Origin: Verrucomicrobiia bacterium
Lineage (GTDB): Bacteria; Methylomirabilota; Methylomirabilia; Rokubacteriales; CSP1-6
Length of the DNA: 64,000 bases
Reading direction: 5' to 3'
NCBI GenBank assembly: GCA_035495415.1
Contig: DATJFY010000071.1
Coordinates: 1,257-65,256, forward strand
A program made the translations under genes and the position numbers. A model generated the notes under the pieces. That model had not been told where the DNA came from. It searched no databases and worked only from the letters and a program-made list of their open reading frames with translations. Shown here in pieces: positions 1 through 8,505 of this stretch. Position 1 is the stretch's first letter, and each line of letters opens with the position of its first letter.

Positions 1-110
1 GGCCGGTGCGCCCGAATGGACGTTGCTCGATCATGAGACACCTCCTCCGCCTGGAGGATACCGCAGGCGGGCCGGACGAGGTGCCGGTGCGCGGGCTCGC
101 GCTCCGCGCT

Positions 111-722
111 ATGATCTGGCCCGTGCTTCGGATCGCGGGGTCGAGCGTGGCTCTCGTGATGATCCTGGTCAATGTCGCCCTCGCCCAGACGACCGTCCGC
201 GTCCGCGGCGCCGTGGTCGATCTCACCGGCCAGATCCTCACCGTGAAATCCCGCGAAGGCGCCACGGTTTCCGTACGCCTCGCCGACAACTACGCGCTGA
301 TGGAGGTCAAGAAAGCGAAGCTCACCGAGGTCAAGGTCGGTGACTACGTCGGCACCGCGGCGCTCCGCCGGCCCGATGGCACCTTCCGCGCGCAGGAGGT
401 CTTGATCTTCCCCGCGTTCGCACGGGGCAGTGCCGAGGGCCACACCCCCTGGGACCTTACCCCCGACAGCACCATGACCAACGCCACCGTCGCCCAGGTC
501 GAGGCCAAGGGCGATGGGCGCACGCTCACGCTCAAGTACAAGGGCGGGGAGGCGGTCGTGTACGTCCCGGCCGCGGCGCCCATCGTGACGTTCGGCATCG
601 GCCACATCTCCCAGCTCGTGCCGGGAGCGCATATCTTCGTCCAGGGAACCCGCTTGCCGGACGGCACGATCACCACCACGAGCGTGCTGGTGGGCCGGGA
701 CAAGCTGGTCCCACCCATGTGA
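111..722 (+). CDS. Secreted/periplasmic hypothetical protein (beta-rich)
   Basis: ORF 6..722. Internal ATG at 111 gives a signal-like N-terminus MIWPVLRIAGSSVALVMILVNVALAQ. GC3-biased codons. Family not recognised with certainty. Confidence 0.55.
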   Translation: MIWPVLRIAGSSVALVMILVNVALAQTTVRVRGAVVDLTGQILTVKSREGATVSVRLADNYALMEVKKAKLTEVKVGDYVGTAALRRPDGTFRAQEVLIFPAFARGSAEGHTPWDLTPDSTMTNATVAQVEAKGDGRTLTLKYKGGEAVVYVPAAAPIVTFGIGHISQLVPGAHIFVQGTRLPDGTITTTSVLVGRDKLVPPM

Positions 723-750
723 GGCCATTCGGCCCCCAAAGGGAGCGCGC

Positions 751-1563
751 ATGTCTCCGACGCCACGCGGTCGCCAGCACTCCACCGTCACTCGACGTGA
801 TTTCTTGCGCTGGAGCGCGCTGGCCTCGGGCGGCCTCACCGCCCCGTGGGCGATCCGCGCCGCCGGCGCGCAAACCGCGCCCAAGCGGGGCGGCACCCTC
901 CGTGTCGGCTTCGCATCTGTCCCGCAGCAAGATCGACCGGCAGATCTACCACAACATCTACGAGCCACTCCTGACGCTGGACGCGAATCTTGGCATCAAG
1001 CCGGGGCTCGCCGAATCGTGGCAGCTGGTGGACGCGAAGACCCTGGTGTTCAAGCTGCGGCGCGGCGTCAAGTTCGACGACGGCACCGACTTCAACGCGG
1101 AGGCGGCGAAGTTCAACTTCAACCGCATGAAGACGGAACCCAAGTCGGTGCGCAAGGGTGAGACCGCGAGCATCGAGACCGTGGACGTCGTCGACGCCTA
1201 CGCGATTCGCATGAACCTCAAGCGGCCGGACGCCGCGCTTCCCGCCACCTTGACTGACCGCGCGGGAATGATGGTGTCGCCCAAGGCCATACAGGAGCGC
1301 GGCGCAGAATTGGAGCGCAACGCCACCGGCGCGGGCACCGGCCCCTTTCAGTTCGCGGAGTGGGTCAAGGACGACCACCTGTTGATCAAGAGAAACGACA
1401 ACTACTGGAACAAGCAGGGGGCCCTATCTCGACCAGATCCGCTACCGGCCCATCCCCGACGACACCGTGAAGTTGCAGAGCCTCCAGGCGGGCGAGATCC
1501 AGGTGATGGACTACGTGCAGCCTCGCGACGTCGCCGCGGTAAAGGCGGACAAGAACGTGGTGG
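751..1563 (+). pseudogene. Family-5 (peptide/nickel, DppA/OppA-type) ABC substrate-binding protein, disrupted and 3'-truncated
   Basis: Tat-like start MSPTPRGRQHSTVTRRDFLRWSALASGG...KRGGTLRVGF in frame 1. SBP5 sequence (IDRQIYHNIYEPLLTLDANLGIKPGLAESW...GTGPFQFAEW...NDNYWNKQG) continues in frame 2. PYLDQIRYRPIPDDTVKLQSLQAGEIQVMDY continues in frame 3 after a GGGGG/CCC run near 1420. It ends at about half the expected length. Confidence 0.7.
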
Positions 1564-2166
1564 GTGCCGGTGGGCGTCCTGTCCGCGGCGCGCCGGAACG
1601 GGCCGGTCGACCGGGCGGGCACCACCTTCGCGCTCTTCGGCATCTGCATGCCGAACTTCCTCCTCGCCCTCCTTCTGATCTTCTTCTTCGGGGTGACGCT
1701 GCGCTGGCTGCCCATCTCGGGCTACGTCGATCCGCTGGAGGAGCCGTGGGACGGCCTCCGCTCGCTGCTGCTGCCGGCGGTGACGCTGGGGCTGGCCCTC
1801 GCCGCGGTGGTGACGCGGACGCTCCGTGCGAGCATGCTCGAGGCCCTCGCGGAGGACTACGTCCGCACCGCGCGGGCCAAGGGGCTCTCGGAAGGCGCGG
1901 TCATCCGGCGCCACGTCCTCAAGAACGCGCTGATCCCGGTGGTCACGGTGCTGGGCCTCCAGCTCGGCACCTTGATCGGTGGCGCGGTGATCACGGAGTA
2001 CGTGTTCGCGCTGCCTGGCGTGGGTCGCCTCGTCGTCGACGCGGTGTTCGCGCGCGGCTATCCGCTCGTCCAGGGCGTGGTGCTGCTGATCGCGGTGGGC
2101 TTCATCCTGAGCAACCTCGCGGTGGATCTCCTATGGCTGGATCGACCCCGGATCCGGCCTCGCTGA
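1564..2166 (+). pseudogene. DppB/OppB-type ABC permease, C-terminal about two thirds only (5' part deleted)
   Basis: ORF 1564..2166 starts mid-domain (PVGVLSAARRNGPVDRAGTTFALFGICMPNFLLALLLIFFFGV...LPISGY...ARAKGLSEGAVIRRHVLKNALIPV). The N-terminal ~100 aa typical of this family are absent. It abuts the truncated SBP. Confidence 0.7.
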
Positions 2167-2200
2167 GGGCGCGCCGGCGCGCGCGCTCGCCTCGGCGCCG

Positions 2201-3020
2201 GTGGCCTCGCCGCGGTGGCGCGCGCTCCGGCGCGCGGCGTGCGCGCGCCTGGCGCCGTTCGGCGTGGCGGTGCTGCTCGCCGCGCTCGCGGTGGCGATCT
2301 TCGCGCCGGCGATCTCGCCGTACGATCCCCTCAAGCAGGATCTCGGCCGCGCCCACCTGCTGGGCACCGACAATGTCGGTCGCGACGTGCTCTCCCGCAT
2401 GGTGTGGGGCACGCGCGTCTCGCTGGTGGCGGGCTTCGTGTCGGTGGCCATCGCGATGACCGCGGGCGGTGTGCTGGGTCTCGCCGCCGGCTACGCGGGC
2501 GGCCGCGCCGACGGGCTCGTCATGCGGTGCATGGACGCGGTGCTGTCGTTTCCCCCGCTCGTGCTCGCTCTCGCCCTCGGCGCGGTCCTGGGCGCCGGGC
2601 TCACCGGCGTGGTCATCGCGCTCGGGGTCGTCTACGTGCCGGCCTTCGCGCGGCTCATGCGCGGCCAGGTGCTCACCATCACCGCGCGGGAATACGTCCA
2701 CGCCGCGCGCGCTAGGGGCGACGGGCTGGCGCATCGCGGTGACTCACGTGCTGCCCAATGCCCTGGCTCCCATCGTGGTGCAGGCATCCCTGAGCGTCGC
2801 CTTCGCGATCCTCGCCGAAGCCTCGCTCTCCTTCCTCGGGCTCGGCATCCAGCCGCCCGCCGCGTCATGGGGCAGCATGATCAACGCCGGGCGCGGCTAT
2901 CTCCAGCAGGCGCCGTGGATCGTGTTCGGGCCGGGCGTGGCGCTGTTCCTCACCGTGGTGGGGCTCAATTTCGTGGGCGACGCCGTGCGCGACGCCCTGG
3001 ACCCGCGCCTGCTCGACTGA
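2201..3020 (+). pseudogene. DppC/OppC-type ABC permease with a single frameshift near 2710
   Basis: ORF 2201.. reads ...FAPAISPYDPLKQDL...GTDNVGRDVLSRMVWGTRVSL...REYVHAARA. The family sequence (LGATGWRIAVTHVLPNALAPIVVQASL...FVGDAVRDALDPRLLD) then continues in ORF 2469..3020. The shift lies in a GCGCGCGC run. Confidence 0.65.
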
Positions 3021-3023
3021 CGA

Positions 3024-4133
3024 TCAGCGGCGGGCGCGGCTCAGCTCGCGCACCTTCGTGACGAAGGCGTCGGCCTCGAACGGCTTGGCGAGGAAATCCG
3101 CCTCCTCGCCCTCGATGGCCTCGCGCGCGCTGCCCTCGTCGACGATGCCCGACACGTAGAGCACGCGCACCCCGGGCCGCAGCTTGGTGAACCGCTGCGC
3201 GAGCTGCCGCCCGTTCATGCCCGCCATCATCATGTCGGTCACCAGGAGGTCGATCTGGGCCGCCTGAGCACCTGCCTGATCCAGCGCGGCCTGGCCGCTC
3301 TCGGCCTCGATCACGCGGAATCCGGCGGGGCGCAGGATGTTGGCCGCGACGAAGAGGAAGCTCGGATCGTCGTCCACCAGGAGCACGGTGCCCACGGCCG
3401 AACCGGGCGGCGGGTCGGGCTCACGCGTGCCGATTGGCGGCGCAGCGAGCGCGGGCTCGGACGCGGGGCGCTCCACCACGGGAGCGGGCGCGGGTTTCGG
3501 CGGCGCAGGCGGCGGGACGGGGGAGGCCGCGGGCTTGGGCGGCGCGGTGGGCGCGGGCGCCGGCTTGGGCGGCGCAGGCGGCGGGGCGGGGGTGGCCGCC
3601 GGCTTGGGCGGGGCAGGCGGTGTAGCCGCCGGTACCGAAGGCGGCGTGGGCCGCGTGGCGGGCGATGGCGCGGGGCCGGCGGGCGCTCCGGGAGGAGTGG
3701 TGGCCGCGGCCACCGCGGCGTCCGCGGCCTTGCGGCGCGCGTGATCCAGCTCCCTGCGCATGCGCTCGAGCTCAGCCCGGTTCTCCCGCAGCGCGCTCTC
3801 GTGCTGCTTCTGGCGCTCCGCGGCGGTGGCGGCGACCGAGCGCGCCTGCTCATCGGTCTCGCGCTGCCGCGCGCTGGCCTGCACGAGGTCGTCGCGGAGC
3901 CGCTCGATTTCCGCCTGCAGACTCCCCAGGCGTGTTTCGCGCACGTTGGCGGTGGCCCGGAGCCGGCCGGCGTCCGCGGCGGCCCCGCTGCGCGCCCAGA
4001 AGATCAAGCCGATGCCGATCGCGCCCAGCGCGCCAACGACCCCGAGCACCGCGATGTCCTGGGTCCCGTCGTAAACGAGGAACCCGATCCCGAGCGTGGT
4101 GACGAGGGCCATGACGAGTGCAGGCATGGGCAC
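3024..4133 (-). CDS. Membrane-anchored response-regulator receiver protein (TM hairpin, coiled coil, Pro-rich linker, C-terminal REC)
   Basis: 369-aa ORF. N-terminus has two hydrophobic segments (ALVMALVTTLGIGFLVY, VLGVVGALGAIGIGLIFW), then heptad-like charged helices and PPAPPKPA repeats. C-terminal REC motifs: VLLVDDDP, DLLVTDMMMAGMNG, YVSG, LAKPF. Confidence 0.8.
   Translation of the reverse strand: MPMPALVMALVTTLGIGFLVYDGTQDIAVLGVVGALGAIGIGLIFWARSGAAADAGRLRATANVRETRLGSLQAEIERLRDDLVQASARQRETDEQARSVAATAAERQKQHESALRENRAELERMRRELDHARRKAADAAVAAATTPPGAPAGPAPSPATRPTPPSVPAATPPAPPKPAATPAPPPAPPKPAPAPTAPPKPAASPVPPPAPPKPAPAPVVERPASEPALAAPPIGTREPDPPPGSAVGTVLLVDDDPSFLFVAANILRPAGFRVIEAESGQAALDQAGAQAAQIDLLVTDMMMAGMNGRQLAQRFTKLRPGVRVLYVSGIVDEGSAREAIEGEEADFLAKPFEADAFVTKVRELSRARR
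3493..3630. repeat. Imperfect tandem 30/39-bp coding repeats (GGCTTGGGCGGCGCAGGCGGCGG-like units) encoding the PPAPPKPA linker
   Basis: Repeat units begin near 3493, 3532, 3562 and 3601 on the + strand. They lie inside the receiver-protein CDS. Confidence 0.6.
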
Positions 4134-4238
4134 GCGGCCTCCCCTGGATGCGCGTGATGGCAGCGAGCCACGTTAGCGCCCCCGCCGCGGAAGGTCAAGA
4201 ATTGGCGCGCGCCGATTGGGGTAGAATGCCCCCGGCGA

Positions 4239-5027
4239 ATGATCACCTCGTGTCTGCTCATCTTCGTGCTCGTTCCCGCCTCGATCGGACTCGCCACCAC
4301 CATCTGGCACTGGGCGCCGCCGCTCGACTTGCTGCTGCGTCGCCCCGCCCCCGGGCCCACCCTGCGATTCGGCGTCGACACCTTCGCGTTCCGGAACGAC
4401 AGCCGCATCCACCATCGGGGCAAGCCGGATCTGTACGCGAACTGGTGCTTCGTGATGGCGCGCGCGGTGGTGCAGTTCACGCGCTTCGCGCGCTTCGAGC
4501 CGACGCTGCCCCGCCTCGCGCCCGAGGCGTACACGGAGCGGGTGCGACGCATCACCCGGCGCGCGCCCTGGCGCCCGGCGCTGCCATCGGACGCGCGCGT
4601 GGTGATCCCGGGCTTCGCGTCACTCCACGAGCTCACGTGCGAGCTCGAGGCCGCCGTCAAGGCGGGACTCTCGCGTCGTTTCTGGAGCATCGTCCGCGTC
4701 TCGAACTGGCGCATCGTCTATCCGCATCCCCGTGTGCACCAGGCGCGCGTCGCCACGGAAATCGTGGCCGAGCTCCAGGCCGGACGCCCCACCCAGCTCC
4801 TCATCTCGGACTTTCCCCGCGTCGGGCTCAACCACTCCGTGCTCGCCTACGCCTACGCGGACCTCGGTGACACGGTGGAGCTCACCGTCTACGACCCGAA
4901 CGACCCCACCGCCCCCGGGATCATTCACTTCGACCTGGGCGACTGTCGTTTCCGTCCCGCGCCCCTCTGCGGCGTCGATGCGCCCCACTTCCGCGCGTAC
5001 CGGCAGTATTGCTCGCCCCTCATCTGA
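4239..5027 (+). CDS. Hypothetical protein, possible papain/transglutaminase-like Cys-His fold
   Basis: 262-aa ORF with an N-terminal hydrophobic segment. Candidate Cys (YANWCFVMARA) and His (GLNHSVLAYAY) motifs. GC3-biased. No firm family call. Confidence 0.55.
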   Translation: MITSCLLIFVLVPASIGLATTIWHWAPPLDLLLRRPAPGPTLRFGVDTFAFRNDSRIHHRGKPDLYANWCFVMARAVVQFTRFARFEPTLPRLAPEAYTERVRRITRRAPWRPALPSDARVVIPGFASLHELTCELEAAVKAGLSRRFWSIVRVSNWRIVYPHPRVHQARVATEIVAELQAGRPTQLLISDFPRVGLNHSVLAYAYADLGDTVELTVYDPNDPTAPGIIHFDLGDCRFRPAPLCGVDAPHFRAYRQYCSPLI

Positions 5028-5052
5028 TCCCGCACCGCGAAAGGATCTCGAC

Positions 5053-5859
5053 ATGGGCTCACTCGACGGCAAGGTGGCGCTGGTGACCGGCGCGGGCCGG
5101 CTGCGGGGGATCGGGCGGGCCACCGCGCTCGCCCTCGCCGACCTCGGCGCCGACGTGGTGGTGACGGGCACCGGCCGCGATCCCGCTACCTATCCCGAGG
5201 ACGAGAAGAAGATCGGCTGGCGCGACGTCGAGAGCACCGCGGAGCAGATTCGCGGGGCGGGCCGCCGCGCCCTCACCTTCGTGGGCGACGTGAGCCGGGC
5301 CGAGACCATCCAGCGTCTGGTGCAGTCCACGATGGAGGCGTTCGGGCGCATCGATATCCTCGTCAACAACGCCGCCTATCCACGCGGCAACGACCGCGTG
5401 CCGCTCCCCGATCTCGACGAGGCCATCTGGAGGAAGGTGCTCGACATCAAGCTCACCGGCGCCTTCCTCGCCTGCAAGCAGATCGTGCCCCTCATGGTGA
5501 AGCAGAAGTGGGGGCGCATCGTGAACATCTCCTCAATCGCGGGGAAGCGGGGCAGCGCCAACACCGCCGCGTACAACGCGGCCAACTTCGGAATCCAGGG
5601 CCTCACCCAGTCGCTCGCCCAGGAGATCGCGCGGCACGGGATCACGGTGAACGCGGTGTGCCCCGGCACCATCGCCACCGCGCGCATGGACGTGCTCGGC
5701 CGCGGCGAGGGCTGGCAGAAGCACCTCGATCGCATTCCGGTGGGGCGCGCCGCCACCGACGAAGAGGTTGCCGGCCTCGTGGCGTTCCTCTGCTCGCCCG
5801 CCGGCGCGTTCATCAACGGACAGTCCATCAACATCTGCGGCGGCGTGGTCATGTGGTGA
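5053..5859 (+). CDS. Short-chain dehydrogenase/reductase (SDR) family oxidoreductase
   Basis: GKVALVTGAGRLRGIGRA Rossmann motif, NNAA, NISSIAG...AAYNAANFG, VNAVCPGTIAT. ATG at 5053 within ORF 4732..5859. Confidence 0.9.
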   Translation: MGSLDGKVALVTGAGRLRGIGRATALALADLGADVVVTGTGRDPATYPEDEKKIGWRDVESTAEQIRGAGRRALTFVGDVSRAETIQRLVQSTMEAFGRIDILVNNAAYPRGNDRVPLPDLDEAIWRKVLDIKLTGAFLACKQIVPLMVKQKWGRIVNISSIAGKRGSANTAAYNAANFGIQGLTQSLAQEIARHGITVNAVCPGTIATARMDVLGRGEGWQKHLDRIPVGRAATDEEVAGLVAFLCSPAGAFINGQSINICGGVVMW

Positions 5860-5867
5860 GCGGGCGG

Positions 5868-5886
5868 CCCTCGTCTCGGCCATCTG
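5868..5886. repeat. Left copy of 19-bp direct repeat CCCTCGTCTCGGCCATCTG (putative target-site duplication)
   Basis: Identical 19-mer occurs at 7335..7353, immediately outside both IS termini. Confidence 0.75.
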
Positions 5887-7334
5887 TCGCTGCTCAGTGA
5901 CTAGGTCCTCCCTCGCTGCGACGTGAAAAGGTCCTCCCGGTTCGCAGTGCGTGCAACTGAATGTCGCGCGCCTTCTCGCGCACCCAGGGATGGGTAGGCA
6001 GCGGGCGACGGCCAGTGTGCCTGGGGGGCGCCAGCCGGGGCAAGCGCTGGGGCAGTCCACGCCGCCGCCGCGCGGCGCGGGGCCGGCGGCGGTCGTGACT
6101 GGGGGACCGGCGGGGCTTGAGGACGAAGTCAGGCCCTGGGGAGGGCGTCTGCCCGCGCAGCACCCCGTCGTGGACGACGATCAGGCGGCCATCGAGGAGT
6201 TCGCGCACTTCGACGGTGACGCCGGCGTAGGCGCGCCGGCCAGGGAGCTGCACGAGGCGGGCCCCGAGCCGCACCGTGTTATCCCGCGCGACGACCCGGC
6301 GATAGCCACAGCCCAGGAGGAGGGCCAGATCACGCGGTGGCCGGCGCCACACGGCTCGGGGCTGCGCGGGCGGTTTGCCGAAGCGGCGATTGAAGTCGGC
6401 GATGAAGGCGGGCAGGTAGGCCTGCGCCGCCGTCACGGTGCGAATGTCGCGGAGGCGCAGCTCGCTCACCAGCCGATCTTGCAGCGTGCCCCAGAGGCGC
6501 TCGATGCGGCCCTTGGCTTGGGGCGAGTGCGCGGCGATATAGCCGATGGCCAGCGTCTGCAGCATGCGGCCCAGATGGGTCGGGGCCTGGGCCCCCGCCA
6601 GCTGCTCCTCCACCGACCAGTGCAGGTCGTTGCGGACTAGCAGATTGAGCCGATCGCCATAGACGGCCAGCGGCAGGCCGTGCGTGGTGAATACGTCCCG
6701 GAAGAGCGTGGCGTAGCCGTGCACATCCTCGGCCGGCCGAAACTGCAAGGCCAGGATCTCGCTCGTGGCGTCATCCACGGCCCCGAGCAGCACCAGGTCG
6801 GGGCCGCGCGCCTCGAGCCACCGGAAGGGGCTGCCGTCGATCTGGATCAAGGCGCCGCGGACGGCGGCGGGCACGCGCCGATGGCGGGCCCGGCGGGCCT
6901 GTCGCGGCCGGGCCGGGGCCAGCCCCAGGTGCCGCCGCAAGCGCCGCACCGACTCCCTCGACACGGTCAAGCCGTGCTCCTCCCGCAGTTTCTCGGTCAG
7001 GTGGGTGTCATTGAAGCCCACGTAGTGGGTCGTCATCAGGCGGTGGACGGCCGCCCGCACCGTCAGCGGCAAGCGCTGGGGCGAGGGGCGTCCCCGATTG
7101 CCGTGCGTGAGGGCGGCCGCGCCGCCCGCCTCGAAGCGACGTTTCAGACGCCGGACGTGTCTCACCGTCAGCCCCAGGGCCGCGGCCACCTGCGCGTTCG
7201 TCAACCGCCCGCTACACAGCCCCTTCAACAGCCCCGGTCGATGCAGTTCCTTTCGGCTCAACGTGAAGGTCTCCATGGTGAGAGGACCTTTTCACGGAGT
7301 AGTTAGGGGAGGACATTTTCACGTTGCAGCAGCA
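5887..7334 (-). mobile_element. Intact insertion sequence (~1.45 kb), rve/DDE transposase, IS481/ISNCY(IS1202)-like
   Basis: Imperfect ~50-bp terminal inverted repeats. Each holds two GTGAAAAGGTCCTCC-like subrepeats: left GCTGCTCAGTGACTAGGTCCTCCC..GCTGCGACGTGAAAAGGTCCTCCC; right reverse complement GCTGCTGCAACGTGAAAATGTCCTCCCC..CCGTGAAAAGGTCCTCTC. A single transposase ORF fills the element. Flanked by a 19-bp direct repeat. Confidence 0.8.
5894..7276 (-). CDS. DDE (rve/integrase-core) transposase with N-terminal HTH
   Basis: 460-aa ORF. HTH region LTNAQVAAALGLTVRHVRRLKRRFEAGG. DDE candidates IQIDGS, AVYGDRLN, SPQAKGRIERLWGTLQ. Confidence 0.85.
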   Translation of the reverse strand: METFTLSRKELHRPGLLKGLCSGRLTNAQVAAALGLTVRHVRRLKRRFEAGGAAALTHGNRGRPSPQRLPLTVRAAVHRLMTTHYVGFNDTHLTEKLREEHGLTVSRESVRRLRRHLGLAPARPRQARRARHRRVPAAVRGALIQIDGSPFRWLEARGPDLVLLGAVDDATSEILALQFRPAEDVHGYATLFRDVFTTHGLPLAVYGDRLNLLVRNDLHWSVEEQLAGAQAPTHLGRMLQTLAIGYIAAHSPQAKGRIERLWGTLQDRLVSELRLRDIRTVTAAQAYLPAFIADFNRRFGKPPAQPRAVWRRPPRDLALLLGCGYRRVVARDNTVRLGARLVQLPGRRAYAGVTVEVRELLDGRLIVVHDGVLRGQTPSPGPDFVLKPRRSPSHDRRRPRAARRRRGLPQRLPRLAPPRHTGRRPLPTHPWVREKARDIQLHALRTGRTFSRRSEGGPSH

Positions 7335-7353
7335 CCCTCGTCTCGGCCATCTG
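7335..7353. repeat. Right copy of 19-bp direct repeat CCCTCGTCTCGGCCATCTG
   Basis: Exact match to 5868..5886. Confidence 0.75.
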
Positions 7354-7434
7354 GACAGCCGCGGGCGGGGGACTTAAAGTAGTCGGGCCGCGTCAATCTC
7401 CGCCAGCTGTTCGAGCGCGACAAGGAGAAGTGTC

Positions 7435-8496
7435 ATGCCAGGCAAGTTCAAGGTCGTCGTCCAGAAGCCCGCCAGTGGGATCACCTACGACTTCGCCGAT
7501 TCCACCTACAGCATCGAGCGTGAGGCCCTCGACCCCATCGGGGCGGAGATCGTGGAGGTGCCCGCGAAGAACGAGGAAGAGTTCATCGCGGCCGCCCGTG
7601 ACGCCGACGCGGTCATCGCCCGCAATCGCCGGATCAGCGCCGCCATCATCAAGGGGCTCAAGAACTGCAAGGTGATCGGCCTCGGCAGCGTGGGCGCGGA
7701 CACCGTGGACGTGGACGCCGCCACCGAAGCGGGGATCGTGGTGACCAACGTGCCCGACGTGTTCATCGACGAGGTAGCCGACCATACGCTGGCGATGTTC
7801 CTCGCCGCCCATCGCCGCCTCCGGCTCATGCACGAGCTCACCACCCAGGGGAAGTGGTCGGAGGGGCGGCCCCACTTCAGGGAGATCCCGCGTCTATACG
7901 GGCAGACCTTCGCGCTCATCTCGTTCGGCAACGTGGCCAAGGCGGTGGCGCGCCGTTGCCACGCTTTCGGCCTTCGCGTCATCGCTTACGATCCGTATCT
8001 CGCCGAGCTCGAGATGACGGCGGTGGGCGTGGAGCCGGTGACGAGCCTCATCGAGCTCTGTGAGCGGGGGGACTTCGTGTCGATGCACGCGCCCCTCAAC
8101 GCTGAGACCCACCACTTGATGAGCACCGCTCAGTTCCGGGCGATGAAGCGCACCGCCCTCTTCATCAACAATGGCCGCGGCCCGACGGTGGACGAGGCCG
8201 CGCTCATCGAGGCCCTTCGACACGGGCAGATCGCGGGGGCCGCCCTCGACGTCTTCGAGGTGGAGCCGGTGGATCCGACGAACCCGCTCCTCGCCATGGA
8301 CAACGTGATCGTCACGCCGCACATCGCCTCGGCCACCGCGCGGATGGCGCCCGAGACCCGACGCCGGCTCGGCCGCGAGATCGCCACCGTGCTCCAGGGA
8401 AAGTGGCCGCGCTCGGCGGTCAACCCCGGCGTGCTTCCGCGCACCGGTCTCATCCGCTGGCAGCCGTATCCCATGGGCCGCGGGCCCAATCGCTGA
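7435..8496 (+). CDS. D-isomer-specific 2-hydroxyacid dehydrogenase family (CtBP/glycerate DH-like)
   Basis: 353 aa. VGADTVDVDAATEAGIVVTNVP, ISFGNVAKAVARR NAD motif, NNGRGPTVDE, TPHIAS. Confidence 0.9.
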   Translation: MPGKFKVVVQKPASGITYDFADSTYSIEREALDPIGAEIVEVPAKNEEEFIAAARDADAVIARNRRISAAIIKGLKNCKVIGLGSVGADTVDVDAATEAGIVVTNVPDVFIDEVADHTLAMFLAAHRRLRLMHELTTQGKWSEGRPHFREIPRLYGQTFALISFGNVAKAVARRCHAFGLRVIAYDPYLAELEMTAVGVEPVTSLIELCERGDFVSMHAPLNAETHHLMSTAQFRAMKRTALFINNGRGPTVDEAALIEALRHGQIAGAALDVFEVEPVDPTNPLLAMDNVIVTPHIASATARMAPETRRRLGREIATVLQGKWPRSAVNPGVLPRTGLIRWQPYPMGRGPNR

Positions 8497-8505
8497 GGAG
8501 GCGCC

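Noticed and set aside
3493-3630. Tandem GC-rich repeats as a CRISPR array or non-coding VNTR
   Set aside because: The units are 30 and 39 bp without spacers, in frame, and encode the PPAPPKPA linker of the receiver protein.
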